Positions 1 through 7,869 of a stretch of DNA of 64,000 nucleotides are shown here, piece after piece; positions within the stretch are counted from its first letter, which is position 1; the number at the start of each line of letters is the position of its first letter. Position numbers and translations under genes: made by a program. Location of the stretch: contig CAWFTE010000002.1 of NCBI GenBank assembly GCA_963818675.1, positions 1,518,361-1,582,360 on the forward strand. The letters run 5' to 3'. Below the pieces are notes generated by a model. The model searched no databases and was not told the origin of the DNA. It was given only the letters and a program-made list of their open reading frames with translations. The stretch is from an uncultured Solirubrobacterales bacterium (lineage in GTDB: Bacteria > Actinomycetota > Thermoleophilia > Solirubrobacterales > Solirubrobacteraceae).

Positions 1-1
1 C

Positions 2-787
2 AAGGAGGACAAGCAGCGCCAGCAGCAGGAGATGATGAAGTTCTACAAGGAGAACGAGGTCAACCCGTTCGCGTCCTGCCTGCCGCTGGCCCTCCAGCTC
101 CCGGTCTTCATCTCGCTCTTCTACATGCTCCGCCAGGACCTGCGGAAGAACATCTGTCCCGGCGTCCAGCATCTCGCGCTCACGAAGGGCATCGTCAAAC
201 ACGGCCAGACCGTCGCCTGTAGCCACTTCGCCAACATCCACGTGCCGGCGGCGAAGTTCCTGTTCATCGGCGACCTGACCAACGCCGCCCACGGCGCGAC
301 CCTGGTCATCCTGATCCTGCTCTACGTCGGCACGCAGCTCGGCTCCACGATCTTCATGTCCGCGCCGACGATGGACCCGACCCAGCGCAAGCTGATGATG
401 GCGCTGCCGCTGTTCTTCGTGCTGTTCATCATCAGCTTCCCCGCGGGCGTGATCCTGTACTGGATCACCACCAACGCGTGGACGATCGGCCAGGGCTACT
501 TCATCCGCCGCCGCATCGGCCCGATCACTCCCGTGACCGCCGCGGCTGGCGGCGCCACCGCCACTGGTCCGCCGGTTCGCGCAGCGGACGACGGTAAGCG
601 GGCAGAGACCCCGGCTCCGGCCCCGACCGGCAACGGCTCGGGCGGTGGCCTGGCCGGGTTGCTCCGCGGCCGGACCAAGACCGAGGAGGAGCCGGCTGCG
701 GTCGGGTCACGCTCGCGCGAGCGCCGCGGCGCTCCTCCGCCCCCGCCGCCGCGCAAGAAGAAGAAACGGTCCGGACGCCGGAGGTAG
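2..787 (+). CDS. yidC: Membrane protein insertase YidC, C-terminal part (5' end lies outside the window)
   Basis: The frame is open from the window edge (KEDKQRQQQEMMKFYKENEVNPFASCLP...). It has a multi-TM core, the PAGVILYWITTNAWTIGQ motif and a Pro/Lys/Arg-rich tail. jag follows it, as in canonical operons. Confidence 0.85.
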   Translation, partial: KEDKQRQQQEMMKFYKENEVNPFASCLPLALQLPVFISLFYMLRQDLRKNICPGVQHLALTKGIVKHGQTVACSHFANIHVPAAKFLFIGDLTNAAHGATLVILILLYVGTQLGSTIFMSAPTMDPTQRKLMMALPLFFVLFIISFPAGVILYWITTNAWTIGQGYFIRRRIGPITPVTAAAGGATATGPPVRAADDGKRAETPAPAPTGNGSGGGLAGLLRGRTKTEEEPAAVGSRSRERRGAPPPPPPRKKKKRSGRRR

Positions 788-790
788 CCA

Positions 791-1258
791 ATGGAGGCGG
801 GGAACACCGAAGCCGCGTCGCGGGTTCATGAGCTGCTCGAACGGATCGCGCGCGAAGTGGATATCGACGCCTCCGTTCGCGTCCACGAGGACCAGGACAC
901 GATCACCGGCGAGTTCGTCGGTGATGACCTTGGCCTGATCATCGGCCACCACGGCCAGACGATCGACGCGATCCAGCACCTGGCGTACCGGATCGCCTAC
1001 CGCGGCGCCACCTCGCGCAAGCGCGTCGTGGTCGATGCCTCGGGCTACCGCGAGCGGCGCGCCGTAGCGCTCCGGGCTGCCGCCGACCAGGCTGCCGAGG
1101 CGGCGGTGCACGACCGGCGACCCGTGGCGCTCGAGGCCATGACGGCACTTGAGCGGAAGGTCGTGCACGAGCATCTCAAGGGCCGTCACGACGTCGAGAC
1201 CTACAGCGAGGGCGAGGAACCGTCCCGGCGGCTGGTCGTGGCGCCGCTCGTGCATTAG
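791..1258 (+). CDS. jag: Jag/KhpB-type R3H-domain RNA-binding protein
   Basis: It starts 4 nt after the yidC stop. The C-terminus has an R3H-like motif (ERKVVHEHLKGRHDVETYSEGEEPSRRLVVAP), and the position is the conserved yidC-jag one. Confidence 0.7.
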   Translation: MEAGNTEAASRVHELLERIAREVDIDASVRVHEDQDTITGEFVGDDLGLIIGHHGQTIDAIQHLAYRIAYRGATSRKRVVVDASGYRERRAVALRAAADQAAEAAVHDRRPVALEAMTALERKVVHEHLKGRHDVETYSEGEEPSRRLVVAPLVH

Positions 1259-1351
1259 CCGGGCCGCCACCCGCTCCGGCCCCCCGACCCCCGGCCGCCG
1301 GCCGCCCCGGCCCAGCCCCCGGCTCAGCCCCGCCGAGGTTTCATGTTTTTC

Positions 1352-1381
1352 TTGACGGTGAAACAGCGCCCGTGTTAGAAC
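1352..1381 (+). promoter_or_regulatory. Promoter-like -35/-10 pair (TTGACG-18 nt-TAGAAC) that would give a leaderless transcript starting at about 1388
   Basis: This is an AT-rich island in GC-rich DNA. The -10-like hexamer ends 6 nt before the GTG at 1388, and there is no Shine-Dalgarno sequence in between. Confidence 0.3.
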
Positions 1382-1387
1382 CGGCTC

Positions 1388-1750
1388 GTGGCCGGCCTCT
1401 CGGATTTCGACCGCGGCGTGGTGGTGGGTCTCCTGGTCGGCGAGGGCTCGTTCGGTGGCGACGGCAAGCAGCCGCAGGTGACGCTGCGCATGCACATCCG
1501 CCACGAGGCCCTATTCCATTGGCTCATGGAGCGCTTCCCGGAGACGCGGCTCTACGGCCCGTATCACCACGGCGGCCGCTCGTACTACCAGTGGATGGCC
1601 AGAGGCCGGGCGCTCGTCCGGGATCTGCTGCCGCTGCTCGAGGCTGAGCTCCGCCCGGGGCTCGACGGTCACGCGGCCGAGCGCTTCGAGCAGATGCGAA
1701 CCCGCTACGCGGCGTTCATCGAACGCGAGCGAGGCCGCGAAGATGAGTGA
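1388..1750 (+). CDS. Free-standing LAGLIDADG-type homing-endonuclease-like protein (120 aa, single motif)
   Basis: The N-terminal motif DRGVVVGLLVGEGSFGG resembles the LAGLIDADG helix plus acidic residue. The size fits I-CreI-like single-motif proteins. GTG start; the stop overlaps the rsmG ATG by 8 nt. Confidence 0.55.
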   Translation: MAGLSDFDRGVVVGLLVGEGSFGGDGKQPQVTLRMHIRHEALFHWLMERFPETRLYGPYHHGGRSYYQWMARGRALVRDLLPLLEAELRPGLDGHAAERFEQMRTRYAAFIERERGREDE

Positions 1751-2483
1751 CCGCGCCGCGGCGCTGGAGCGCCTCGCCGAGCGCTACGGGCTTCCGGCGC
1801 CGGCGGTGGAACAGTTGCGAATCCTGGCCGACCTCCTGGCTGGCGATCCGCTCGCTCCGACCTCGGTCCGCGACCTGCCCCAGGTGATCGACGACCACCT
1901 GGCCGATTCCCTCGTCGCCCTGGAGCTCGAGTTGATCAGGACGGCTTCTGAGGTCGCCGACATCGGCTCAGGCGCGGGGTTGCCCGGCCTTCCGCTGGCC
2001 ATCGCGCTCCCGGCCACGAGCTTCACGCTTGTGGAGAGCGCCCGTCGCAAGTGCGAGTTCATCGAGCGGACGGCGGCCGCGTGCCGGATCGTCAACGCGG
2101 GCGTTGTCAACAACCGGGCCGAGACGTGGCCGGACGGCGCCGAACGTTTCGACGTGGTCACGGCCCGCGCGGTGTCCTCCCTGGCGGTCGTGGCCGAGTA
2201 CGCCGCCCCGCTGCTGCGGATCGGGGGCGTCGCCGTGCTCTGGCGCGGTCGGCGCGACCCCGCCGGCGAGGCCGATGCCGCCGCGGCCTGCCGCGAGCTC
2301 GGCCTGGAGGTTCGCGAAATCCGTCGCGTGGAGCCATACGGGGGCGCGGAGAATCGATATCTACACCTCATGTCGAAGGTCACGCATACCCCCGGGCGGT
2401 TTCCGCGCCGGCCGGGCATAGCGGCCAAGCGGCCGCTCGGCGCTGACAGCCGGGACCCGGGATCTGACCGCGCTCGGCGCTAG
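1743..2483 (+). CDS. rsmG: 16S rRNA (guanine527-N7)-methyltransferase RsmG (GidB)
   Basis: SAM-binding motif VADIGSGAGLPGLPLAIALP, and the conserved position between jag and parA. Confidence 0.85.
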   Translation: MSDRAAALERLAERYGLPAPAVEQLRILADLLAGDPLAPTSVRDLPQVIDDHLADSLVALELELIRTASEVADIGSGAGLPGLPLAIALPATSFTLVESARRKCEFIERTAAACRIVNAGVVNNRAETWPDGAERFDVVTARAVSSLAVVAEYAAPLLRIGGVAVLWRGRRDPAGEADAAAACRELGLEVREIRRVEPYGGAENRYLHLMSKVTHTPGRFPRRPGIAAKRPLGADSRDPGSDRARR

Positions 2484-2484
2484 C

Positions 2485-3255
2485 TTGGTCGCGCCCATGG
2501 GAACCGTGTACGCGATCGCCAACCAGAAGGGTGGGGTCGGAAAGACGACCACCGCCGTGAACCTGGCTGCCTGCGTGGCCGAGGCGGGCTACGAGGCTCT
2601 TCTCGTCGACATCGACCCGCAGGCCAACGCGACGATCGGCCTCGGGTTCGCCAAGGACGCGCCCCGAACGGTCTACGACGTGCTGATCGGCGAGGTGGCG
2701 CTCGGCGATGCCGCCATACCGACCTCGATCGAGCACCTGGCGATCGTGCCCGCCGGTCCGGATCTCGCCGGAGCCACGGTCGAGTTGCCCCGGATTGCCG
2801 GATCGGAGACCCGCCTGCGCGAAGCTCTTTCCGGCGTCCGCGATGACTACGCCTTCACGCTGCTCGACTGCCCGCCGTCCCTCGGCCCACTCACGGTCAA
2901 TGCCCTCGTGGCCGCCGATCGCGTGATCGTGCCCGTCCAGGCCGAGTACTTCGCACTCGAGGGTCTGGCCGGCCTGCTCGACACCCTCTCGCTCGTCCAG
3001 CGCGAGCTGAACCCCCGCCTCACGGTGGCCGGAATGCTCCTGACCATGCACGACGGCCGGACGCGTCTGGCGCAAGACGTGGAGCACGAGATCCGGGCGC
3101 ACTTCCCCGAACTGGTGTTCGATACCGTGATTCCGCGCAACGTCCGCGTCGGCGAGGCGCCGAGCTTTGGCCGGCCGGTCATCCACCACGACCCACACTG
3201 CGCCGGCGCCGATGCATACTTCGAGCTGGCAAAGGAGGTGGCCGCGCGTGGCTGA
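2485..3255 (+). CDS. parA: Chromosome partitioning ATPase ParA/Soj
   Basis: Deviant Walker A motif (AIANQKGGVGKTTTAVNLAA) and a typical ParA length. The ORF starts at TTG 2485; ATG 2497 (MGTVYAI) is an alternative start. Confidence 0.9.
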   Translation: MVAPMGTVYAIANQKGGVGKTTTAVNLAACVAEAGYEALLVDIDPQANATIGLGFAKDAPRTVYDVLIGEVALGDAAIPTSIEHLAIVPAGPDLAGATVELPRIAGSETRLREALSGVRDDYAFTLLDCPPSLGPLTVNALVAADRVIVPVQAEYFALEGLAGLLDTLSLVQRELNPRLTVAGMLLTMHDGRTRLAQDVEHEIRAHFPELVFDTVIPRNVRVGEAPSFGRPVIHHDPHCAGADAYFELAKEVAARG

Positions 3256-4135
3256 GCGACAGAAGGGAATGGGCAGAGGACTGGCAGCGATTCTGTCCGT
3301 GGCGCCGAAGGACGAGCCGGAGGAGCTCCGCCACGTCCCGGTCGAGCTGATCGCCCCGAGCGCCCACCAGCCCCGCCAGATGTTCGACGACGAGGCTCTC
3401 GCAGGCTTGGCCGAGTCGATCCGCTTGCGTGGCGTGCTCCAGCCCGTGCTCGTGCGGCCCCTGCCGGGCGGGCGCTACGAGCTGATCGCCGGCGAGCGCC
3501 GGTGGCGCGCGGCCCGGCTGGCCGAGCTCGAATCGGTCCCGGCGATCGTGCGCTCCCACGACGACGCCACCTCGCTCGAGGTCGCGCTGATCGAGAATAT
3601 GGCCCGCGAGGACCTCAACCCGGTCGAGGAGGCGCGGGCCTGTGCTGCGCTGGTCGAGGAGCTCGGGCTGACCCACGAGGACGTGGGGCTGCGCGTCGGC
3701 CGCAGCCGCGTTGCGGTCTCGAACCTCATCCGCCTACTCGACCTGCCCGACGAGGCGCTTGCCCTGATCGAGCGTGGCCAGCTCACCGAAGGCCACGGGC
3801 GCGCGCTGCTCACCGCCGCCGACCACGCGCAGCGCCGCGCCTTGGCGCGCGCGGCGGCGACCGGGCGCTGGTCGGTGCGCGAGCTCGAGTCGCGGGCTCG
3901 CAGCAGCGCCGGTCGGCGAGCGGCGCGAAAGTCTCGTCGCCGGCCGGAGCGGCGTCTGCACCCCGATCAAGTGGACGCGATCGGGCGCATCTCCGACACC
4001 CTCGGCGCCGCGCTGGGCTATGAGCTCGAAGTCGCCCCCGGCAAGACAGGCGGGTATCGGGTCGAGATCTGCTTCGACTCGCTCGACGATGCGCTCGACC
4101 TGGCGCGCCGCCTGCGCGTCAAGTCGGTGGCCTGA
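3248..4135 (+). CDS. parB: Chromosome partitioning protein ParB/Spo0J
   Basis: ParB boxes GERRWRAARLA and LIENMAREDLNPVEEA. GTG 3248 overlaps the parA stop; ATG 3269 is an alternative start. Confidence 0.9.
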   Translation: MAERQKGMGRGLAAILSVAPKDEPEELRHVPVELIAPSAHQPRQMFDDEALAGLAESIRLRGVLQPVLVRPLPGGRYELIAGERRWRAARLAELESVPAIVRSHDDATSLEVALIENMAREDLNPVEEARACAALVEELGLTHEDVGLRVGRSRVAVSNLIRLLDLPDEALALIERGQLTEGHGRALLTAADHAQRRALARAAATGRWSVRELESRARSSAGRRAARKSRRRPERRLHPDQVDAIGRISDTLGAALGYELEVAPGKTGGYRVEICFDSLDDALDLARRLRVKSVA

Positions 4136-4145
4136 GTTCGCCGGT

Positions 4146-4997
4146 TCAACCCACGGAGAGCAGGACGATCCCGGCGAGGATCGCGATGCCGGCGAGCGTC
4201 CGCCGGATGACCCGTCCCTCGCCGAGGACATTGGCCCCGAGCAGGATTCCGAACACGATCGAGACCTCACGCGCCGGCGCGACGAACACCACCGACGCAC
4301 GCGTGAGCGCGGTCAGGACGAGGATGTAGGCGGCCGGCGCGAGCAGCCCCACCCCGATGACCGAGCGCTTGCGCGACTCCCACACGAGTCGGATGTCGGC
4401 GCGCCGGCGGGCCGCGAGCGGCCCGAGGACCACGGCGCGGGTCACCTCCGCGCCCCAGAAGTAAACGATCACCGGCTGGTGCAGCGAGGTCACCGCGTGG
4501 GCATCCCACAGGGTGTAGGCCGCGATGAAGGCCCCGGTGAGGACGGCGAGCGAGATCGCCCGCCCGGCTCCCTGTCGCCAAGCCCCTCGGGTGAGCGACA
4601 GGATCGCGACCACGATCAGTCCGGCACCCGCGAGAGCTAACCCGGATGCGCGCTCGCCCAGGATCACCACCGCGGCGATCACCGACAGCAGCGGCCCCGT
4701 GCCCCGCGCCAGCGGGTAGACCAGGGAGAGATCGCCCTCGGCGTACCCCTGTTGCAGGGCGCTGAAGTACCCCACGTGGAGCATTCCGCTGCCCACCATG
4801 TAGCCGGCCCCGGTCCAACTCAGGCTCCCCGATCGAACCGTCAGCTGCACGATCGCCGCCGGGGCCCACAGAACGACGTCCGCCAGCGCGCACAGCCAGA
4901 CGAACGCCATCCCGCCACCCGCGCGCTTCGCGATCAGGTTCCAGCCGGCGTGGGCGCCGGCAGCGGCGAGAACGAGAAAAAGCGGAACAACTCCCAT
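4146..4997 (-). CDS. EamA/DMT-family transporter (about 10 TM helices)
   Basis: Hydrophobic repeat architecture. The internal ATG at 4997 is preceded by AGGAG; the longer ORF up to 5111 looks like a spurious extension. Confidence 0.75.
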   Translation of the reverse strand: MGVVPLFLVLAAAGAHAGWNLIAKRAGGGMAFVWLCALADVVLWAPAAIVQLTVRSGSLSWTGAGYMVGSGMLHVGYFSALQQGYAEGDLSLVYPLARGTGPLLSVIAAVVILGERASGLALAGAGLIVVAILSLTRGAWRQGAGRAISLAVLTGAFIAAYTLWDAHAVTSLHQPVIVYFWGAEVTRAVVLGPLAARRRADIRLVWESRKRSVIGVGLLAPAAYILVLTALTRASVVFVAPAREVSIVFGILLGANVLGEGRVIRRTLAGIAILAGIVLLSVG

Positions 4998-5073
4998 GGG
5001 GCTCCTGTAGACCACAGCAAACCGAATCCCGCGCCGTGACGCCCCCGCGCAGGTCCTCGAGTAGGCTCGCAAA

Positions 5074-5760
5074 GTGACCGTTCGCGCCCTGGCCTTCGAC
5101 GTCTTCGGCACGTTGGTCGACTGGCGCTCGGGGATCGCCGTCGCGTTCCGCGCCTCCGGCGTGGACGGCGACCCCGAGGAGCTGGCTCGAGACTGGCGCG
5201 ACCGCTATGTGCCGATCATGCTCGAGGTCAATCGCGGAGAACGACCGTGGGGGAACTTCGACGAGCTGCATCTGGCCACGCTCGATCACCTGTTGACCGA
5301 GCGCGGCATCGCCGCGGACGCGGATCAGCGCCGCCGGCTCGTCGCCGCCTGGCATGCGCTGGATCCCTGGCACGACGTCCCTCGCGGCCTCGAGATGTTG
5401 CGCGCGGGCTTGACCACGTGCGCCCTCTCCAACGGGCACACAGCGCTCCTCGTCGACCTGATCCGACACGGCGATCTGCGCTTCGACTGCGTGGTGTCCG
5501 CGGAGCTCGCGCGCGTCTACAAGCCCGCGCCCGAGGTCTACCAGACCGGCGCCCGGCTCCTCGGCCTCGACCCCTCCGAGCTCATGCTCGTCGCCGCCCA
5601 TCCGGGCGATCTGAAGGCCGCCCGCCACGCCGGCCTCCGGACCGCCTTCATCGACCGGCCACTCGAATACGGCCCCGGCTCGCCACCCCGCTCCGATCCC
5701 GACGCCGACGAATCGGCGTCCGACCTCGAAGAACTGGCCGCGAAGCTCAACACAATTTAG
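5074..5760 (+). CDS. HAD-superfamily hydrolase, type II haloacid dehalogenase-like
   Basis: N-terminal nucleophile motif LAFDVFGTLVDW, downstream SNG and a C-terminal AAHxxDLxAA-like motif. Confidence 0.75.
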   Translation: MTVRALAFDVFGTLVDWRSGIAVAFRASGVDGDPEELARDWRDRYVPIMLEVNRGERPWGNFDELHLATLDHLLTERGIAADADQRRRLVAAWHALDPWHDVPRGLEMLRAGLTTCALSNGHTALLVDLIRHGDLRFDCVVSAELARVYKPAPEVYQTGARLLGLDPSELMLVAAHPGDLKAARHAGLRTAFIDRPLEYGPGSPPRSDPDADESASDLEELAAKLNTI

Positions 5761-5774
5761 GTGTAGCGCGGGCC

Positions 5775-5813
5775 GGTAGCTACAGCGGAGGCGCTCCTTG
5801 GCGCCGGCGCTAC
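5775..5813 (+). terminator. Two-tier GC hairpin after the HAD gene (GGTAGC...GGCGC-tccttg-GCGCC...GCTACC)
   Basis: The inverted repeats are read directly from the sequence. There is no U-tract, so the terminator function is uncertain. Confidence 0.25.
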
Positions 5814-5831
5814 CATCCCCGTCCAGGCGAA

Positions 5832-5905
<74 letters not shown>

Positions 5906-6337
5906 TCGGGGAGTTGCAGGGGAATTGCGGCATCGGCTGACCTCGTCACTCGTCAGCGTCGACCGCTGCGGAACTCTGGCGGAACATGAGGCTGGCTCGT
6001 GCCGCGGCAACCAGTGCGTCGAGGTCGGTGTAGCGCTCGCCGCTGATCCGCCCTTCGGTCGCGGCCTTAACGGCGGGCCGGAGCCGCTTGTAGCCCCACA
6101 GCCGGAGCGCGTTCGCGGTCATGTCGCCAACGATCGGCGCGGTGCCGCGCCCTCCGGACTCGAGCTGCCAGGCGCGCAGCTCACGGACCGCGACCGCGGG
6201 GCCGCTGATGACGCGCGCACGACGAGCTGCCGCTTTCGTCTGAGCACGTCCGATCGCACAGCGGGCGCAGGAAGACAGCCCGAAGCTCAGGTCGGAGCGT
6301 CCGAGGCCGATACCATCATCGGTCCAACGGGAAGGCT

Positions 6338-6553
6338 GTGATCATGACCACCGACACGACGGAAACGCTGATACCTGCGGTCGAGGAGCTAGACCGCGAC
6401 GGCGGCCGCGTGTTGCTCGACGAAGCCGCGCGCCACTATCTTCGAGTGAGCGGCGAGGAATTCATGCGTGCCTGGGATGCGGGCGAGTACGACTCCGATC
6501 CGGATCGGCCCGAGGTCATGCGCGTAGCAATGCTGCTTCCGTTTGGCCGGTAG
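6338..6553 (+). CDS. Hypothetical small acidic protein (71 aa)
   Basis: ORF with an ATG start. I recognise no family. It sits in the orphan region 3' of the tRNA. Confidence 0.45.
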   Translation: MIMTTDTTETLIPAVEELDRDGGRVLLDEAARHYLRVSGEEFMRAWDAGEYDSDPDRPEVMRVAMLLPFGR

Positions 6554-6582
6554 GACTCCGCACGAGGCGGTCCGAGAGTTCA

Positions 6583-7080
6583 TTGGCCCGCTTCAGTTGG
6601 CGCTCTCCTGCGTTGCATCAGAGGTTCTACGCGCGGGCGGCTACCACGTTGCCGACGAGCCGCACGCTCACGCTCGGGCGCGGGCTGCCGGTTCGGCTCC
6701 GGGGCGGTGGGCGGCTATCGCTCACATTCGACCACCACTACCGGATCGTCGAGGATCCCGGGGCGCGCGGCCCCTACAAGTGCTCGACCACAAGCTACCT
6801 GTACGGGTTGGATGATCCTGACGGGCGGGAGGTGCTCTCCGATCAGTGGCACCCGACCGGACGCAGTCCCGTCACCTGGCCCCACCTGCACCTAGGCGCA
6901 GGCGCCGAGGTCGCTCGCTCCGACGTGGCGAGGGCTCATCTTCCAACCGGCCGCGTGTCGATCGAGGAAGTGCTGCGGCTGGCGATCAGCGAGCTCGGTG
7001 TCGAGCCATTGCGCGAGGACTGGCGAGAGGTCCTCGAGCGCACACAGCAAACGTACGCAACCTGGCGAACCTGGCCGTAA
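6583..7080 (+). CDS. Hypothetical protein (165 aa)
   Basis: High third-position GC in this frame compared with the overlapping frame. I recognise no family. The start is uncertain. Confidence 0.45.
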   Translation: MARFSWRSPALHQRFYARAATTLPTSRTLTLGRGLPVRLRGGGRLSLTFDHHYRIVEDPGARGPYKCSTTSYLYGLDDPDGREVLSDQWHPTGRSPVTWPHLHLGAGAEVARSDVARAHLPTGRVSIEEVLRLAISELGVEPLREDWREVLERTQQTYATWRTWP

Positions 7081-7165
7081 ACACCCGCGTGATCCGTGGC
7101 GCCGGATACGCGCGCTCGTATCTCGCCGGGCTAGGTTGTGTGGCTGCTACCGCCGGGCACCGGAA

Positions 7166-7819
7166 CTACGGCGTGAGTGCGGCGGTCAGCGTGTGTCCGA
7201 GCCAGCGGCCGTATTCCTGGGCGCTCCAGCCGTAACCGTCGACGAGGCGGAGGTAGACGGAGTCGTTGGTGAGGGCGTAGATGGTTGCCGCGGCTTGTTG
7301 TTCGCTGATGCCTTCCGCGAGTGCGCCTTGGGCGTGCAGAGCGGCGGCGACCTGTCCAAAGTAGGCGCGCATGGCTGTGTGGCCGCGTTCTCTGAACCGG
7401 GCGAGTTCGGGGTCGACGGTTGCGGCGGCTTCCGCCATGGCGAGCACGCGCGCGGTGCGCTGCATCACGCCGGCGCCCACCTGGCCAAAGCGTGTGAGGA
7501 TCTCGTTGGGCGGGCTGGCGATAACTGCCTCGCGTTGGGTGACGAATGCCACGGGCTGGTCGGTGGCGCCGATCGCGGCGTCGATGACCGCGTCGAGCAG
7601 GGCGGCTTTGTTCTTGAACGCGAGGTAGACGGTCTGCTCCGCCACCCCTGCCGCGGCAGCGATCGCGCGGATCGACGTCGGGAAGTAGCCATTTTCGAGG
7701 AATAGCGAGCGCGCGGCGGCCACGATTCGCTCCCGCGTTTGGCCGGCTCGGCGTTCGCGCTCGGGGGAGTGGTAGGAGCGGCGCGGGGCGCCGGCGCGTT
7801 TGACAGGCCGACTACTCAT
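7166..7819 (-). CDS. TetR-family transcriptional regulator
   Basis: N-terminal HTH (RERIVAAARSLFLENGYFPTSIRAIAAAAGVAEQTVYLAFKNKAAL). ATG 7819 is preferred; GTG 7834 is an alternative start. Confidence 0.85.
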   Translation of the reverse strand: MSSRPVKRAGAPRRSYHSPERERRAGQTRERIVAAARSLFLENGYFPTSIRAIAAAAGVAEQTVYLAFKNKAALLDAVIDAAIGATDQPVAFVTQREAVIASPPNEILTRFGQVGAGVMQRTARVLAMAEAAATVDPELARFRERGHTAMRAYFGQVAAALHAQGALAEGISEQQAAATIYALTNDSVYLRLVDGYGWSAQEYGRWLGHTLTAALTP

Positions 7820-7830
7820 TCGATAGAGTG

Positions 7831-7850
7831 CCACTCTAGCTAATTAGTGG
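7831..7850. promoter_or_regulatory. Inverted repeat CCACT-N10-AGTGG with a TAGCTA core, in the 50-bp tetR/LanB-like divergent spacer (candidate operator)
   Basis: Read directly: ccactctagctaattagtgg. AT-rich, and it lies between the two divergent starts. Confidence 0.3.
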
Positions 7851-7869
7851 GACGGACGAGAGAGGCTTC

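Noticed and set aside
1338-1364. parS-like half-sites (GTTTCA ... TGAAAC) next to the parAB operon. A further partial match GGTTCCACGTGGGGCG lies at 51333-51348.
   Set aside because: The two halves are separated by 15 nt instead of abutting as in TGTTNCACGTGNAACA. The 51.3-kb site matches only about 10/16 positions. I found no convincing full parS by eye.
707-5628. Long antisense or overlapping ORFs (e.g. 707-1504 -, 2380-3198 -, 3774-4640 +, 4267-5628 -). Similar ones occur elsewhere (20294-21022 -, 46022-47089 -, 46794-48221 +, 57404-58675 +).
   Set aside because: These are typical stop-codon-poor shadow frames of a high-GC genome. They have Arg/Pro/Gly-rich composition and overlap genes with clear family signatures on the other strand or in another frame.
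5925-6341. 138-aa plus-strand ORF right after the tRNA
   Set aside because: Arg/Gly/Ala-rich, noise-like sequence. The opposite strand has the better coding signature (higher GC3 over its 3' part), so I treat this ORF as a compositional artefact.
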